Virus record (IMG/VR): IMGVR_UViG_3300021472_000001
Span: 7,923-71,922 of that record
Length of the DNA stretch: 64,000 nt
Origin: a virus
Direction: 5' to 3' (one strand)
In this document: piece after piece, positions 28,549-38,628 of the stretch
Position numbering within the stretch: position 1 is the stretch's first letter
Layout: every line of letters starts with the position of its first letter
Translations under genes and position numbers: made by a program
The notes under the pieces: generated by a model
The model's database searches: none
Seen by the model: only the letters and a program-made list of their open reading frames with translations
What the model was told of the DNA's origin: nothing

Positions 28549-28799
28549 TTAACCCTATATTTTAACCTATTTAAATACCTTTGCTTCATAACTAAATAGA
28601 TTTCAATTGCATAAAGAATTCCACCCAATAAATCCCCACATTTGTGCATTTTCTTATTTGGTGATAAGGCGATCGAGGGATAAACACACCTATTCTTATC
28701 GCTCACGAGGGAAGGTCATAAGCATTAACACCAAACCCGTGTGAATTCATACCAAATTCGTATCACCAATTCATATCGCCCTCATCCCTTATGTCGCCT

Positions 28800-29641
28800 G
28801 TGTTATCTCTTTGCGAAAATTTATGTTTTGGCATAATCTCTCATAAGAACTACCATTAATTGTGTTATACGATAAGAATATCCCTGTCATCCCTCATATC
28901 ATAAGGATGGTCCTCTCTTTCTTATCTCTTGCATATATTTATCCGATATGTTGTTACTCTTTATGCGTATCACGCTCACCTCTTGGAGTATTACACCATG
29001 TTACCTTCTGCCTCTTATGTGTTATCATATAAACCTGCCTCTTTGTGTTATCTTGTGTTATCTTCTTGCCCATTTGTGTTATCATAAAATTCCCTAAATT
29101 CGTGTTACATCATGTTATGCATCTTTACCTGAGTATTACACATTATGCTATTGCCATTCCCTTTGTGTTACACCTTATGCTTCCTTCATAAAAGAATGCT
29201 ACATGTTATGCTCATTACCCTCTTAAGGTATCATCTATTACGCTTCAATACCACATGGAATATCACATCATGCTACATTTGCCTCCTTTAGTGTTACATA
29301 TTGCATCATGCTTCACAAGGAATTCTTACCTGTTATGCCTTCTCCTCTTTTTAAGATATCACACATTATGTTCATCATCTCCTATCATGTTACCCTTTAT
29401 ATCATTTTCTTCCTATTGTGTTACTTGCTATACCATCCTCATTCTCATCGTGTTACACATTATGCCATAACCACCTCCTCCCGTGTTACCTCTTATGCGC
29501 CACACCCCTCTAAAATATCACAATGTGTTATGTTCTATCTCCATAAGTGTTACCCTGTGTTACATCCCTCCACAAAAGTGTTATCATAAATTTTATAAGA
29601 AAAGTGTTATCCCGTGTTACAAACCGGGAAAAATTTGTTAT
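28800..29641 (+). repeat. Strand-polar GTGTTAY heptamer array in the divergent intergenic region
   Basis: 18 exact GTGTTAY plus about 7 NTGTTAY variants, all on the + strand. Confidence 0.9.
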
Positions 29642-29673
29642 TCATGAAAACTTGGCATTAGCACACACCCACA

Positions 29674-29694
29674 GGGGGAGGGGAGGGTATCCCC
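29674..29694 (+). other. G-tract at the end of the heptamer array (possible terminus, packaging or origin signal)
   Basis: GGGGGAGGGGAGGGTATCCCC in an otherwise G-poor strand. Confidence 0.35.
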
Positions 29695-30011
29695 GCTATA
29701 TGTGTATCAAGTCGGGCGAAACATCGGACGACAACGCGGAACTCCCACGAGAAGGCTCGAATAAAATGCTCCGGGCAAGTTTCTCAGATCGGGACTGAAC
29801 GCTCACTCCGTTCGGGCATCCTCTGCAGAGATTGAGCAGAACTCCTCTTAAAATCCTCCGTTTTCGAGACACTCTTTCACATTTACTGTAATCGCCTTAT
29901 CGGAACAGAGCCTTCTCCTACCTTCATTTTGCCCTTCCTCCATTTTAAAAGTATATCGCTTTTGTTCCTCCATATGTATAGATAGAGGAAGTAAAATTAC
30001 TAATTAATATT

Positions 30012-30035
30012 AGGACTAAAGTCCTTTAGTTATAA
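30012..30035 (+). promoter_or_regulatory. Putative late-operon promoter: inverted repeat plus TATA box
   Basis: AGGACT-AA-AGTCCT followed by TTATAA about 25 bp before the first + strand gene. Confidence 0.45.
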
Positions 30036-30060
30036 GCTAAGATCGATAGGAAGAATAAAA

Positions 30061-30720
30061 GTGCAAGCAATAGAATACGAGACCCAAAAGAATACTTCTT
30101 TATTTGTAGGTGTGATATTCTCACCCTCATTCCCCTATTGGCATATTGAAGCATGTCAGGCATTCCTAAATGCGAGGAAGCCTCAATTATGGATGCTTGA
30201 TATCCAACGTTCTCATGGTATAGCAAGTGCACGAAATAATATAGTCCTTTCGTTTCTTAAAACGAACTATTCCCATCTCATGCTCCTCGACTCTGACGTC
30301 ATTGTAGAGGAGGACACCATAGCTCGAATGCTTCAATTAGATGAGGACGTGGTGATTGCACATGTGCCACAAAAGCCTAACGGAGGTGTTCCGTGTGTTG
30401 AGCATTCCGAGCTTCCGTATGAAAGGGGCGCCCCAATTACTAAAGAAGATGATACCCGACCAGTAAAGCGTTTCATGCTTTGCTCGTTGGGATGTGTCCT
30501 CATAAAGAGGCATGTCTTTGAGAAGATGGAATTCCCATACTTCAGATACGCCTCTCAAGAATTCGATACTCTTCCTGATTGGTATAGAGTTTCTGAGGAC
30601 TACTACTTCTTTGTGCAACTCGAGGAATTAGGCATCAAGCCTGTATTCCTTCCAACTGCAAAAGCTAAGCATATCATTAGTGCTGCATTAGAACCGAGCA
30701 AAGGACTGGTGAGCGTATGA
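30061..30720 (+). CDS. GT-A fold glycosyltransferase (GT2-like)
   Basis: ARN...LLDSD (DxD), GCVLIKR..F, SEDYYF. Confidence 0.85.
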   Translation: MQAIEYETQKNTSLFVGVIFSPSFPYWHIEACQAFLNARKPQLWMLDIQRSHGIASARNNIVLSFLKTNYSHLMLLDSDVIVEEDTIARMLQLDEDVVIAHVPQKPNGGVPCVEHSELPYERGAPITKEDDTRPVKRFMLCSLGCVLIKRHVFEKMEFPYFRYASQEFDTLPDWYRVSEDYYFFVQLEELGIKPVFLPTAKAKHIISAALEPSKGLVSV

Positions 30721-31850
30721 AAATAGGAGTCATCACTTCGGTATTCCTTCCGCTCATAGACAATGCCTATAAATACTATGGCGGGATGGAAATCAGAACC
30801 CTCTCCCTAATAGAATACCTGAGTGCGAAGGGACATGAGGTGCACGTCTTTGCAACTAACGATTCCTCATTGAACATGAAGAATGTAATGCTTCATACAG
30901 GACACTTTCCGATTTGGGATGGTAAACGCTCGTCCTACGAAATGGAGAAAGATATAATTCAGAGTAACTTGGATGTCCTGAAGAGTTGTGATGCAGTCCT
31001 TGAGGATAATCACTTCCATTATTACAATTACCTCGCATCGAAAGAGGACTTTAAGCAAAATGTAGTGATGTCTTGGGACTTCTATCCTAACAACCTTAAT
31101 GCACTCCCTCCGAAACCGAGAAACGTTGTGTGTGTCTCTAAGTATCTCCGCAATGCAATACGAGATAAGTTTGCTTCGGAAGGTCATAAAATTTACTATG
31201 CCTACTCGGGATTGAACCTGGATTACTACAAACCGTTCAATTATCACTCCTCCTTTGACGGACCAATTTTATTCCTAAGTAGATTTTCTAATATCAAAGG
31301 AGGACATATCTTCCTTCAGTTGGCTAAAGACTTCCCTCACGAAGACTTCCTTCTTCTTGGCGATGTTCTTTTCACAAACGAGCCTGCTTATGTATGGAAA
31401 CTCAAACAAAAAGCTGATGAAATGAGGAATGTGCAAGTGATATTCAATGCCTCTTGGGATGAAAAGATTAAAGCTCTTCAGACCTGTAAGCTCTTAGTTC
31501 ATCCATGTATAACTCCTGAGCCATTGGGACTGAATTGTCTTGAGGCTCAGTTCTTTGGGAAATACGTTGTTGGCTATGGTATGGGTGGTCTTTTAGAAAC
31601 TGTTAAAGACAATAAAACAGGAGGACTTGTCTTTCCGAGCAATGACGCAGTAGCAAATTATGTTCAGTTGCGAGAAAAACTAAAAGCATTCCTATCGAGA
31701 GAACCAAATCCAGAAGCTTGCATGAGGAATGTTGTAATGAATTTCAACTTTAAGCAACTATCAGCTCCCGTATATGAAGCAATATTAGAAGGAGCTGACG
31801 AAGGAACGATTCATAAATTAGAGCGGAAACAAAATTCCAAAACGATATGA
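30717..31850 (+). CDS. GT4 family glycosyltransferase
   Basis: YGGME, GHEVHVF, SRFSNIKG, EPLGLNCLEA. Confidence 0.9.
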   Translation: MKIGVITSVFLPLIDNAYKYYGGMEIRTLSLIEYLSAKGHEVHVFATNDSSLNMKNVMLHTGHFPIWDGKRSSYEMEKDIIQSNLDVLKSCDAVLEDNHFHYYNYLASKEDFKQNVVMSWDFYPNNLNALPPKPRNVVCVSKYLRNAIRDKFASEGHKIYYAYSGLNLDYYKPFNYHSSFDGPILFLSRFSNIKGGHIFLQLAKDFPHEDFLLLGDVLFTNEPAYVWKLKQKADEMRNVQVIFNASWDEKIKALQTCKLLVHPCITPEPLGLNCLEAQFFGKYVVGYGMGGLLETVKDNKTGGLVFPSNDAVANYVQLREKLKAFLSREPNPEACMRNVVMNFNFKQLSAPVYEAILEGADEGTIHKLERKQNSKTI

Positions 31851-32344
31851 AAGAGAAACACAAAGTTCAGATATTGATTGACAGAGCTACTAAAAGCAGA
31901 TTAATAGAAGCAAAGAATGCGCTTCGTAAGACTTGGGACGATTTCTTTCTCTACTTGTTAGAATTCTATATTGCTCATTCTGATGAGGACGATAGAGAAT
32001 TAGAAAAGGCTGAGGCTATTCGGTATTGTTTGACTGATGCAGATACATCCACTCTCGCATATCACAGAGAGCAACTCACTAAGATTCTCACTGATTTAGA
32101 AAGAACTGTTGCACAAACTGAAGACCCAAAAGATAAAGCTGTGATAGCAGAGAAGATTGCCAGAATAAATACGTCTCTTAAAGACATTGCTGAAACTGAT
32201 GCAGGAAGCAGGCTTCTTGAGGAAATAGGACGATTAAAGAAGAACCGTTTAAAAATATTAAAGAATATAGCACCAACTAAAACTGTGAAAGTTCATGAAG
32301 ATAAAGAAAAGGTATCGAAAGCTGAGGACGAGAGGGGACATTAA
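31847..32344 (+). CDS. Putative terminase small subunit / DNA-binding protein
   Basis: RHH-like N-terminus, helical; directly upstream of the large terminase. Confidence 0.55.
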   Translation: MKEKHKVQILIDRATKSRLIEAKNALRKTWDDFFLYLLEFYIAHSDEDDRELEKAEAIRYCLTDADTSTLAYHREQLTKILTDLERTVAQTEDPKDKAVIAEKIARINTSLKDIAETDAGSRLLEEIGRLKKNRLKILKNIAPTKTVKVHEDKEKVSKAEDERGH

Positions 32345-33920
32345 GATTGAGGTCATTTGCGATTATTGTGGCAAGAAATTTGAGATACCAGAAAAGAATT
32401 ACTTTGAGAAACTAAGAAAAGGCTCAAGATATTTCTTTTGTTGCTCAAAGTGCCTATCCCGAGCTCGTGCAGAAAACCTCTTCTCGAAGAACCCTCCTAC
32501 GAATATTCCTGACGAACTCAAGAAGCCAAAAGAAATAGAGGTTTCACTCTTACCAGAGGATATGCGCGGGCGTTGTTACTACTGTGCAAGGAAAATACCT
32601 AAATCGAAAATATTCTGTGAAAAACACGCAACTGAAGAGCATCTTGCAATATTTGAAGCGACTCAAGAGCTTCCTCTTCACCCACGAGGTTGGTGGTCAT
32701 ACGAGATTATTAAGGACTGGCTCGGAGGCGAGAAGAAAATACTTCTTCGTGGACCAGCTGGAATGGGAAAGTCAATTCTCGAAGATATTATTGCCTACAT
32801 GAACCTTACATTGTTTGACAATTCCTTCACTCTTATAGGTTCTATTTCAATGCCCATTGCGGTGCAACACATAGATAGAATACGACAGTGGGTTAATAAC
32901 TCTCCCTTTCGCTCTCTTATAGTTTATGACAGTAAAGAGCAAATTAAGCTCAAGACAGGTTCACGAGTATTAGCAATAGCACAAAACGAAAAGACACGTG
33001 GTGGTTATCATCCAGATCTTGTTTTGTTAGATGAGCTCGCTCGTATACGACCTTCTGCTTATTACGGATTATTTTATCAGATGGGGAAATCGAAAGGTGC
33101 AACTGAAATAGGTGTCTCAACCCCATTTGGAGCCTCGGGCGTCTTTATGTCACTATGGTATTCAGGAACAGCAAGAACTCACTCAGTAAAGCTCGAAGAC
33201 TGTTGGTTTATCACTTCTCAAATGATAGAAGACGCAAAGAAAGCTATGTCTCCCTCATATTTTGACCAAGTGTTCAAAGCTGAATTCGTTGCAAACTCCA
33301 ATAGGGTCATACCAGATGAGCAACTCCTAAATGCAATTACCGATAGCAGGTCGAGCTCGAAAAAAGACCTCATTATGGGATTAGACTTCGGACGAAAAAG
33401 AGACCATACTGCACTGGTTATACTTGACCAGCGAGGTAATGTGATATACACAGAAATACTTCCACTTAATATTAGTTGGAGAGAACAATACAGCATAATT
33501 CGTGATAGGGTGAGAAAGTTTGACCCGATTACGATATATGCAGACCAAACAGCAATAGGAGACCCGATATTAGAGGAGTTGTCAGACCTTCCTATCGAGC
33601 CTGTATTAATGTCTAATGACAGACTAAAGAAAAAGGTTATTGATAATTTAGTTTTAAGTTTTGCTTATAACTCTATACGTATTCCTAAAGACGAGCAAGA
33701 GTTGATAGACCAACTCAGTGCTTTTGTTTATTTGGATGATAAGATGATGAAGTGTGGTCCCGAAGGTGGAGCACATGATGACCTCGTAGATGCACTCGCT
33801 CTTGCTTCTTTAGGACTTGAACGACATGTGGAATATGAAGAACATACGGATATTTGGGGAGCGGTTGGTGGAGAAAAGCCGCTCGATACAGAAGAAAGTC
33901 CGTGGCGTATTGTGTGGTAG
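32295..33920 (+). CDS. terL: Terminase large subunit with N-terminal Zn fingers
   Basis: GPAGMGKS, LLDE, VSTP, GLDFGRKRDHTA, HDDLVDALALA. Confidence 0.93.
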   Translation: MKIKKRYRKLRTRGDIKIEVICDYCGKKFEIPEKNYFEKLRKGSRYFFCCSKCLSRARAENLFSKNPPTNIPDELKKPKEIEVSLLPEDMRGRCYYCARKIPKSKIFCEKHATEEHLAIFEATQELPLHPRGWWSYEIIKDWLGGEKKILLRGPAGMGKSILEDIIAYMNLTLFDNSFTLIGSISMPIAVQHIDRIRQWVNNSPFRSLIVYDSKEQIKLKTGSRVLAIAQNEKTRGGYHPDLVLLDELARIRPSAYYGLFYQMGKSKGATEIGVSTPFGASGVFMSLWYSGTARTHSVKLEDCWFITSQMIEDAKKAMSPSYFDQVFKAEFVANSNRVIPDEQLLNAITDSRSSSKKDLIMGLDFGRKRDHTALVILDQRGNVIYTEILPLNISWREQYSIIRDRVRKFDPITIYADQTAIGDPILEELSDLPIEPVLMSNDRLKKKVIDNLVLSFAYNSIRIPKDEQELIDQLSAFVYLDDKMMKCGPEGGAHDDLVDALALASLGLERHVEYEEHTDIWGAVGGEKPLDTEESPWRIVW

Positions 33921-34902
33921 TCTTCCTACCGACCCATGGCAGATAAATAAAAGAGACGAGGATACGGATTCCGAGAAGAAGATTACGACTCACTCATTGA
34001 TGGAAGGTGGACCATCACGAGATGATTGGGATTTATATTTATCAAGCCCTCCTGCATTTGCAGCAGTAGAAGCTATAACGTTTGCTGTTCTCTCGCCTGG
34101 ATTTGAAATCCAAAGTGATGACACGAAAATAGTTGAAAGATACACAAGACGTTTTGATAAGGTTTATCCTAAGTTATATTCAGTGTTGAGAAACGCTTTG
34201 GTGTTTGGAGATAGCTTCTCAAAGATAATATTCGGAAGAGATAATCACTTCACGGATTTAGAGGTGTTATTCCCACCTAACATACAGATTCAAAACGGTG
34301 ATTACTTCTTATACGAACTTGGTAAGCTTACACGCTTAAAGAATGTTTGGCAGTTCCAAACTATGTCCCGTTCGGACTCGCCCTATGGCATCTCACTTAT
34401 AGGAGTAGCAAAGCAACCACTAAAATGGAAAAAGGAAATAGATGAGAGCGTCCATGAGGGCATTATAAGACACGGCTTTGCTAAATATCATATTCAGTGT
34501 CTTCCTGATAACAGAGGACTTTATCCTGATGACACAAAGCTTCGAGAATTAGAACGAGAATTTAGAAAGATTCATGTGGGACACGAATTTGTGAGCACAG
34601 ATAAAGTCAAGATAACTCCAATAGATACCTCAGGCTTCCCTGCTCTCTTAGAATATCTGCAATATTATACAAGCCTTGCTGCAACCGGCTTAATGGTTCC
34701 AGCCGAGACTCTTGGACAAGGTATAGCGACTTCCCAATATGCAACCGCTAAGGTAAGAATGGAGTTCTTCTTAAAGAATACTGTGCCATACTTTCAGAGA
34801 GTCCTCGAGTGTTCAATTAATGATAACCTCATGGGTGAAAAAGCCGAAGGTGCTATATTTAAACTGAAAGAGCCAAAAGAAATCTCCTATAAAACAGGAT
34901 GA
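33817..34902 (+). CDS. Portal protein (true start probably downstream of 33817)
   Basis: Follows terL; LVFGD, SPYGIS, GLMVP..LG, QYATA portal-like motifs. Confidence 0.85.
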   Translation: MNDMWNMKNIRIFGERLVEKSRSIQKKVRGVLCGSLPTDPWQINKRDEDTDSEKKITTHSLMEGGPSRDDWDLYLSSPPAFAAVEAITFAVLSPGFEIQSDDTKIVERYTRRFDKVYPKLYSVLRNALVFGDSFSKIIFGRDNHFTDLEVLFPPNIQIQNGDYFLYELGKLTRLKNVWQFQTMSRSDSPYGISLIGVAKQPLKWKKEIDESVHEGIIRHGFAKYHIQCLPDNRGLYPDDTKLRELEREFRKIHVGHEFVSTDKVKITPIDTSGFPALLEYLQYYTSLAATGLMVPAETLGQGIATSQYATAKVRMEFFLKNTVPYFQRVLECSINDNLMGEKAEGAIFKLKEPKEISYKTG

Positions 34903-35330
34903 TACACGACTCGTTCATTCCGCTTGGGAGAGAGAAAAAGGATATTTTTCACGATAGGATTTTGGTGGAGAGTGGAGACCTTCTTTACGATTCAACTTCT
35001 CAAGGTGTTCCCATTTATATTCCTCCAAGCGTCCTCAAGAATGCTCACATACCTAAACGGCTCCCATTCCAAATTTATCACAATGGTAAAGAGGTGGGTG
35101 AAGTTAAAAATGTTCATTGGGACGGCAAGGCGCTTCGTGGCGACATTATTGTTTATCCTCAGCATAATAAAGAAGTCCTCCGAGAACTCATGAGGGGTAA
35201 TCACGGATTGTCTGTACGTTTCTCTTCTTTGGATGAGGACTTTAATACCTATACTCTTATTCGGAATATGTCGCTGGAGCATGTGGCGTTAGTCCCCACT
35301 CCAGCATCACCATCTGCACAACTAGCATGA
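34899..35330 (+). CDS. Prohead protease 1 (DUF2213-like)
   Basis: YHNG-EVG, GLSV, EHVALV..PA. Confidence 0.8.
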   Translation: MIHDSFIPLGREKKDIFHDRILVESGDLLYDSTSQGVPIYIPPSVLKNAHIPKRLPFQIYHNGKEVGEVKNVHWDGKALRGDIIVYPQHNKEVLRELMRGNHGLSVRFSSLDEDFNTYTLIRNMSLEHVALVPTPASPSAQLA

Positions 35331-35361
35331 GATTTCTATGGAAAGAATTAGGAGATGAAAG

Positions 35362-36201
35362 ATGGGTGAATTAGCAGATTGTCTGCGTAAATGTGTCGAA
35401 GCACGCACTCATGAACTCGCTGTGTCTGAAGACTTACAGCGATTGACTCAAAAAGCCTATTATAACGCTGTTGTGAAGGGTGCTAAACGAAAGGAATTGT
35501 TCCGACGGATATTGCCCGTAGCGAAGGTCAATTCCTATCGAATGAAGATTGTTACTTCTGATGCAGATGGTTATGCTTCTAAGAAAGCACTTAAAGCAGA
35601 AGTTCTCTATATGCATCCAAAATACACAAGCTCTGATGTGGTGATAGAGCGCGTGTGGACAGTTCCCCTTGCACCTAAGGAGTTGATTGAAGACGGTGAA
35701 TTTGATATTATTGAGAATGAAGTGCAAATAGCTGGTGAACAATTAGAGAACACTCTTAACCAAGACGCCCTCTCTACTCTTATAGATAATGCTGGAAATG
35801 AAGAAACGGCTGCCGCAGATTTCTCAGATGTTCTATCTAAAACAGCAAGTGCATTAGCTGATATTGGAGATTCAGATTTCGTTCCTACGCATATAATAGC
35901 GTGTCCGACATTTTATTTCTCTTTCATGCAAAAGACACGACAGCCTTTCATAAAGGGATTAGATTTAAGGCTGCTTTCCATCACTTCTAATGACACAAAA
36001 ACTTGGGGATGGACATCTTCAGGTGATGTCGGAGCCGTGGTAATAGACGCTTCAACAGCAGCATTGATATTAATGCGGGAAGATATCACAGTAAAACACT
36101 TCTCAGAACCATTGGCAGATTTAAGAGGTGCAATAGTCTCTATGAAATACAAGGTAGCGATTCGGAAGCCTAAAGCTATTTGTATAATTAAGCGTGCTTA
36201 A
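35362..36201 (+). CDS. HK97-fold capsid protein 1
   Basis: Paralogue of 50935..51921 (ELIED-EFDII; MREDITV...PLADLR). Confidence 0.82.
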   Translation: MGELADCLRKCVEARTHELAVSEDLQRLTQKAYYNAVVKGAKRKELFRRILPVAKVNSYRMKIVTSDADGYASKKALKAEVLYMHPKYTSSDVVIERVWTVPLAPKELIEDGEFDIIENEVQIAGEQLENTLNQDALSTLIDNAGNEETAAADFSDVLSKTASALADIGDSDFVPTHIIACPTFYFSFMQKTRQPFIKGLDLRLLSITSNDTKTWGWTSSGDVGAVVIDASTAALILMREDITVKHFSEPLADLRGAIVSMKYKVAIRKPKAICIIKRA

Positions 36202-38628
36202 ATGTCCTTAAAGATAACATTTCTTGGAGTTAATGCAGAAGAAAAAGGACATTCGTGTATATTAGTTGAGTCTCGGAACACGAGAGTCCTACTTGAACCC
36301 ACTCAGCGAGTCCCTAATATAGATGCGGTTATTATAACGGATATAGACAAGGATGAATATAGCGAGTGGAAATATTATGCCGAGCAAGATATTCCAATTT
36401 ATTCAGTAGCTGCTATTAAGCGATGGGCTGAAGACATTGAATTGCGAGACCACATTAATGTCATAGGTCATAAGTTCTCAGTAAAAGACTTGCGCTTTTT
36501 ATGGCTCAAGGCGAATGTAGCTCCTCATGAACCAGCGGGTGGGGTGCGAATTCCAGCTTATGATGTTGATATCGTTCCTGAGCTTCCAAGTTACATTCCA
36601 CAAGCATTGATAAAGGCGTTTGGACTGCCACCATCGCATATCATAGTCGGAATAGGCTCCTATAAGAAGGCAGACCATAAAATTTCATTTGAAGATTTTC
36701 TTGCTCAACTCGAAAGAGCTCGAAGTGGCAAAGAGAAGGGGCTCTTATCCATCACATTAACGAACTTCAGAAAAGACTTAAAAGAACATAAGAATGAAGT
36801 CCTTAGACGATTGAAAGAACGGTGGGATGTTCCTATCTTTTGGGCAGAGAAGGGCATGACTCTCGAATTCTCAAAGAATGGACAGGTTGAAAGGATAGAT
36901 GGCTCTTCTTCCAGTGAATTAGAGAAGCTTCATCTCAAGGAATTCCTCTCAAAAGGAATAGACTATGATATTAAGCACGTTAAGACGAGATGGAAGGAAT
37001 GCATTGCAGATTTAAGATACTTAGCTAATAGTGCTGTTCCCCGCTTAAAAGCAGGAAAGAAGTGGGGTGAATGGACTCTTGACGCTTGTTATAAATATTT
37101 TGCAGCTTTAGTAGACGCTCTACGCAGTGTATACTTCGCACTTGTTCCCCCAACTCAACCGAAGTTATATAAGTTAGAGCATCCATATAAAGATCCTAAA
37201 GAAGCACTCAAGACTTCCTTTTGGCAAACATATCTTCAAGCTAAGAAGTATATGAAGTCCAACCCTCCTAAAGATGAAAAGGAACTAAAAGAGTGGAACA
37301 AGAAGCGAGCAAAAATAATAAGCGCATCTGAAGAAAAGAAGAATATGAAAGTCGGATACCTCAGTAAGGCAAAACCGTATTTACGATTCTTCCTCCCAAC
37401 TGTTCATGAAGATATTGAGAGTGTTGGATGGGACGAAAAAGAGCTTCTTCTTGACGTAAAAGCTGATGGCTTGCGCATTACGCTATGGAAATCCAATGGG
37501 AAAGGATACGTATTCGTAGATCCAGAAGAGCTTAAGCATAAATCACCGTTAATTAATAAATACATTCCCCAGATAGTGAGAGAAATTGAGCAAATCCTTC
37601 CAAATAATACCGCTTTGGATGGTGAATTGTATGCAGCCAAAGGCAAAGAGGCTCTGCATAGAACTGTCATTAATGGAATCATAAATACAAAACTTCCTCC
37701 CGAAAAGTTTACTCCTTATGCCTATGCATTTGCGTTTGATGTCCTCATTTTTAAAGGAAGTGATGTAAGAGACAAACCTCTCGAAGAAAGGCTAAAATTA
37801 CTTCAAACGCTGAAATCCTCTTCTCATGTTAAAATAGAAAAGCCCTCTAAAGTCGTAGTACCGGGTCATTCGGGATATGTGGTTAAAGGAAATAATAAGA
37901 GCGCAATAGACAAAGCCATTCACCTAATAGAAACTTCAAAACATAATTTGCATAAGGGTGTTCAAGAAGGCATCATGATTAAGACACTAGACCATCCGTA
38001 TGAGCATCCAACGAATCATGGTTGGGCAAAATGCAAATTATGGCATGAGGTTGATACTGTTGTGCTGGACAAAAAATTAGTAAAAGGTCAAACGGATGTG
38101 TGGAATTATCATTTAGGAATCGAGATACCAGCCGAGTATGCCAAGATGATGCTCGATGATACGAATGCTTATAAACGAGTGCGATGTTTATACGAAGGTC
38201 ATTTATATAAAAAGAAGGAATGTCAAGATTATTTAGACAGAAAAGGTGTTCGATTCTTCATGGAATACGGAAAATCTGATAACACGAAGATTAAATGTGA
38301 TACTGGAGATGTTCTCCGAGTATCGTCAGAGGAAGTCCTGTATAACGAGAATGAAACTCATCCAGAATTCCCCTTCTATACTGGGTATATAAACAGAGCG
38401 ATGGAAGCAGTACCTGAACGGAAAACCTCAGATAGCTTAGTAGTGTTACATCGTCTTGCCATGCTTGAGCCTAAACGGATTCCATTAGAAGTATTAGCGA
38501 AATGGAAGGAAGGAATTCCTTCTGAAGCTGCTAAATATGCAGAATATATTAAGTCTCTTTCTACTTCAAGACTTATCCAATTTTATAATGCATTAAGAAA
38601 AGTTCAAAGCGAAAATGGGACCAATTAA
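36202..38628 (+). CDS. Degenerate metallo-beta-lactamase-fold domain fused to an ATP-dependent polynucleotide ligase
   Basis: Ligase motifs I KADG, III LDGEL, IIIa FDVL, IV EGIMIK, V WAKCK; N-terminal ITFLG...SCILVE...DAVIIT. Confidence 0.88.
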   Translation: MSLKITFLGVNAEEKGHSCILVESRNTRVLLEPTQRVPNIDAVIITDIDKDEYSEWKYYAEQDIPIYSVAAIKRWAEDIELRDHINVIGHKFSVKDLRFLWLKANVAPHEPAGGVRIPAYDVDIVPELPSYIPQALIKAFGLPPSHIIVGIGSYKKADHKISFEDFLAQLERARSGKEKGLLSITLTNFRKDLKEHKNEVLRRLKERWDVPIFWAEKGMTLEFSKNGQVERIDGSSSSELEKLHLKEFLSKGIDYDIKHVKTRWKECIADLRYLANSAVPRLKAGKKWGEWTLDACYKYFAALVDALRSVYFALVPPTQPKLYKLEHPYKDPKEALKTSFWQTYLQAKKYMKSNPPKDEKELKEWNKKRAKIISASEEKKNMKVGYLSKAKPYLRFFLPTVHEDIESVGWDEKELLLDVKADGLRITLWKSNGKGYVFVDPEELKHKSPLINKYIPQIVREIEQILPNNTALDGELYAAKGKEALHRTVINGIINTKLPPEKFTPYAYAFAFDVLIFKGSDVRDKPLEERLKLLQTLKSSSHVKIEKPSKVVVPGHSGYVVKGNNKSAIDKAIHLIETSKHNLHKGVQEGIMIKTLDHPYEHPTNHGWAKCKLWHEVDTVVLDKKLVKGQTDVWNYHLGIEIPAEYAKMMLDDTNAYKRVRCLYEGHLYKKKECQDYLDRKGVRFFMEYGKSDNTKIKCDTGDVLRVSSEEVLYNENETHPEFPFYTGYINRAMEAVPERKTSDSLVVLHRLAMLEPKRIPLEVLAKWKEGIPSEAAKYAEYIKSLSTSRLIQFYNALRKVQSENGTN

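Noticed and set aside
1153-28552. Plus-strand ORFs in the left arm (e.g. 3434, 7526, 9799, 28027, 28073)
   Set aside because: Antisense shadows of well-supported minus-strand genes, with no motifs
28800-29641. CRISPR or mini-CRISPR array
   Set aside because: The repeat unit is only 7-11 bp with irregular gaps; there is no 25-40 bp direct repeat with uniform spacers and no cas gene
29566-29658. Possible sixth copy of the symmetric element
   Set aside because: Two AAATTT boxes have the right spacing, but the outer TGCACATA/TATGTGCA boxes are missing at the expected offsets
29255-29798. Track ORFs inside the heptamer array
   Set aside because: Overlapping low-complexity ORFs in several frames, best explained as by-products of the repeat
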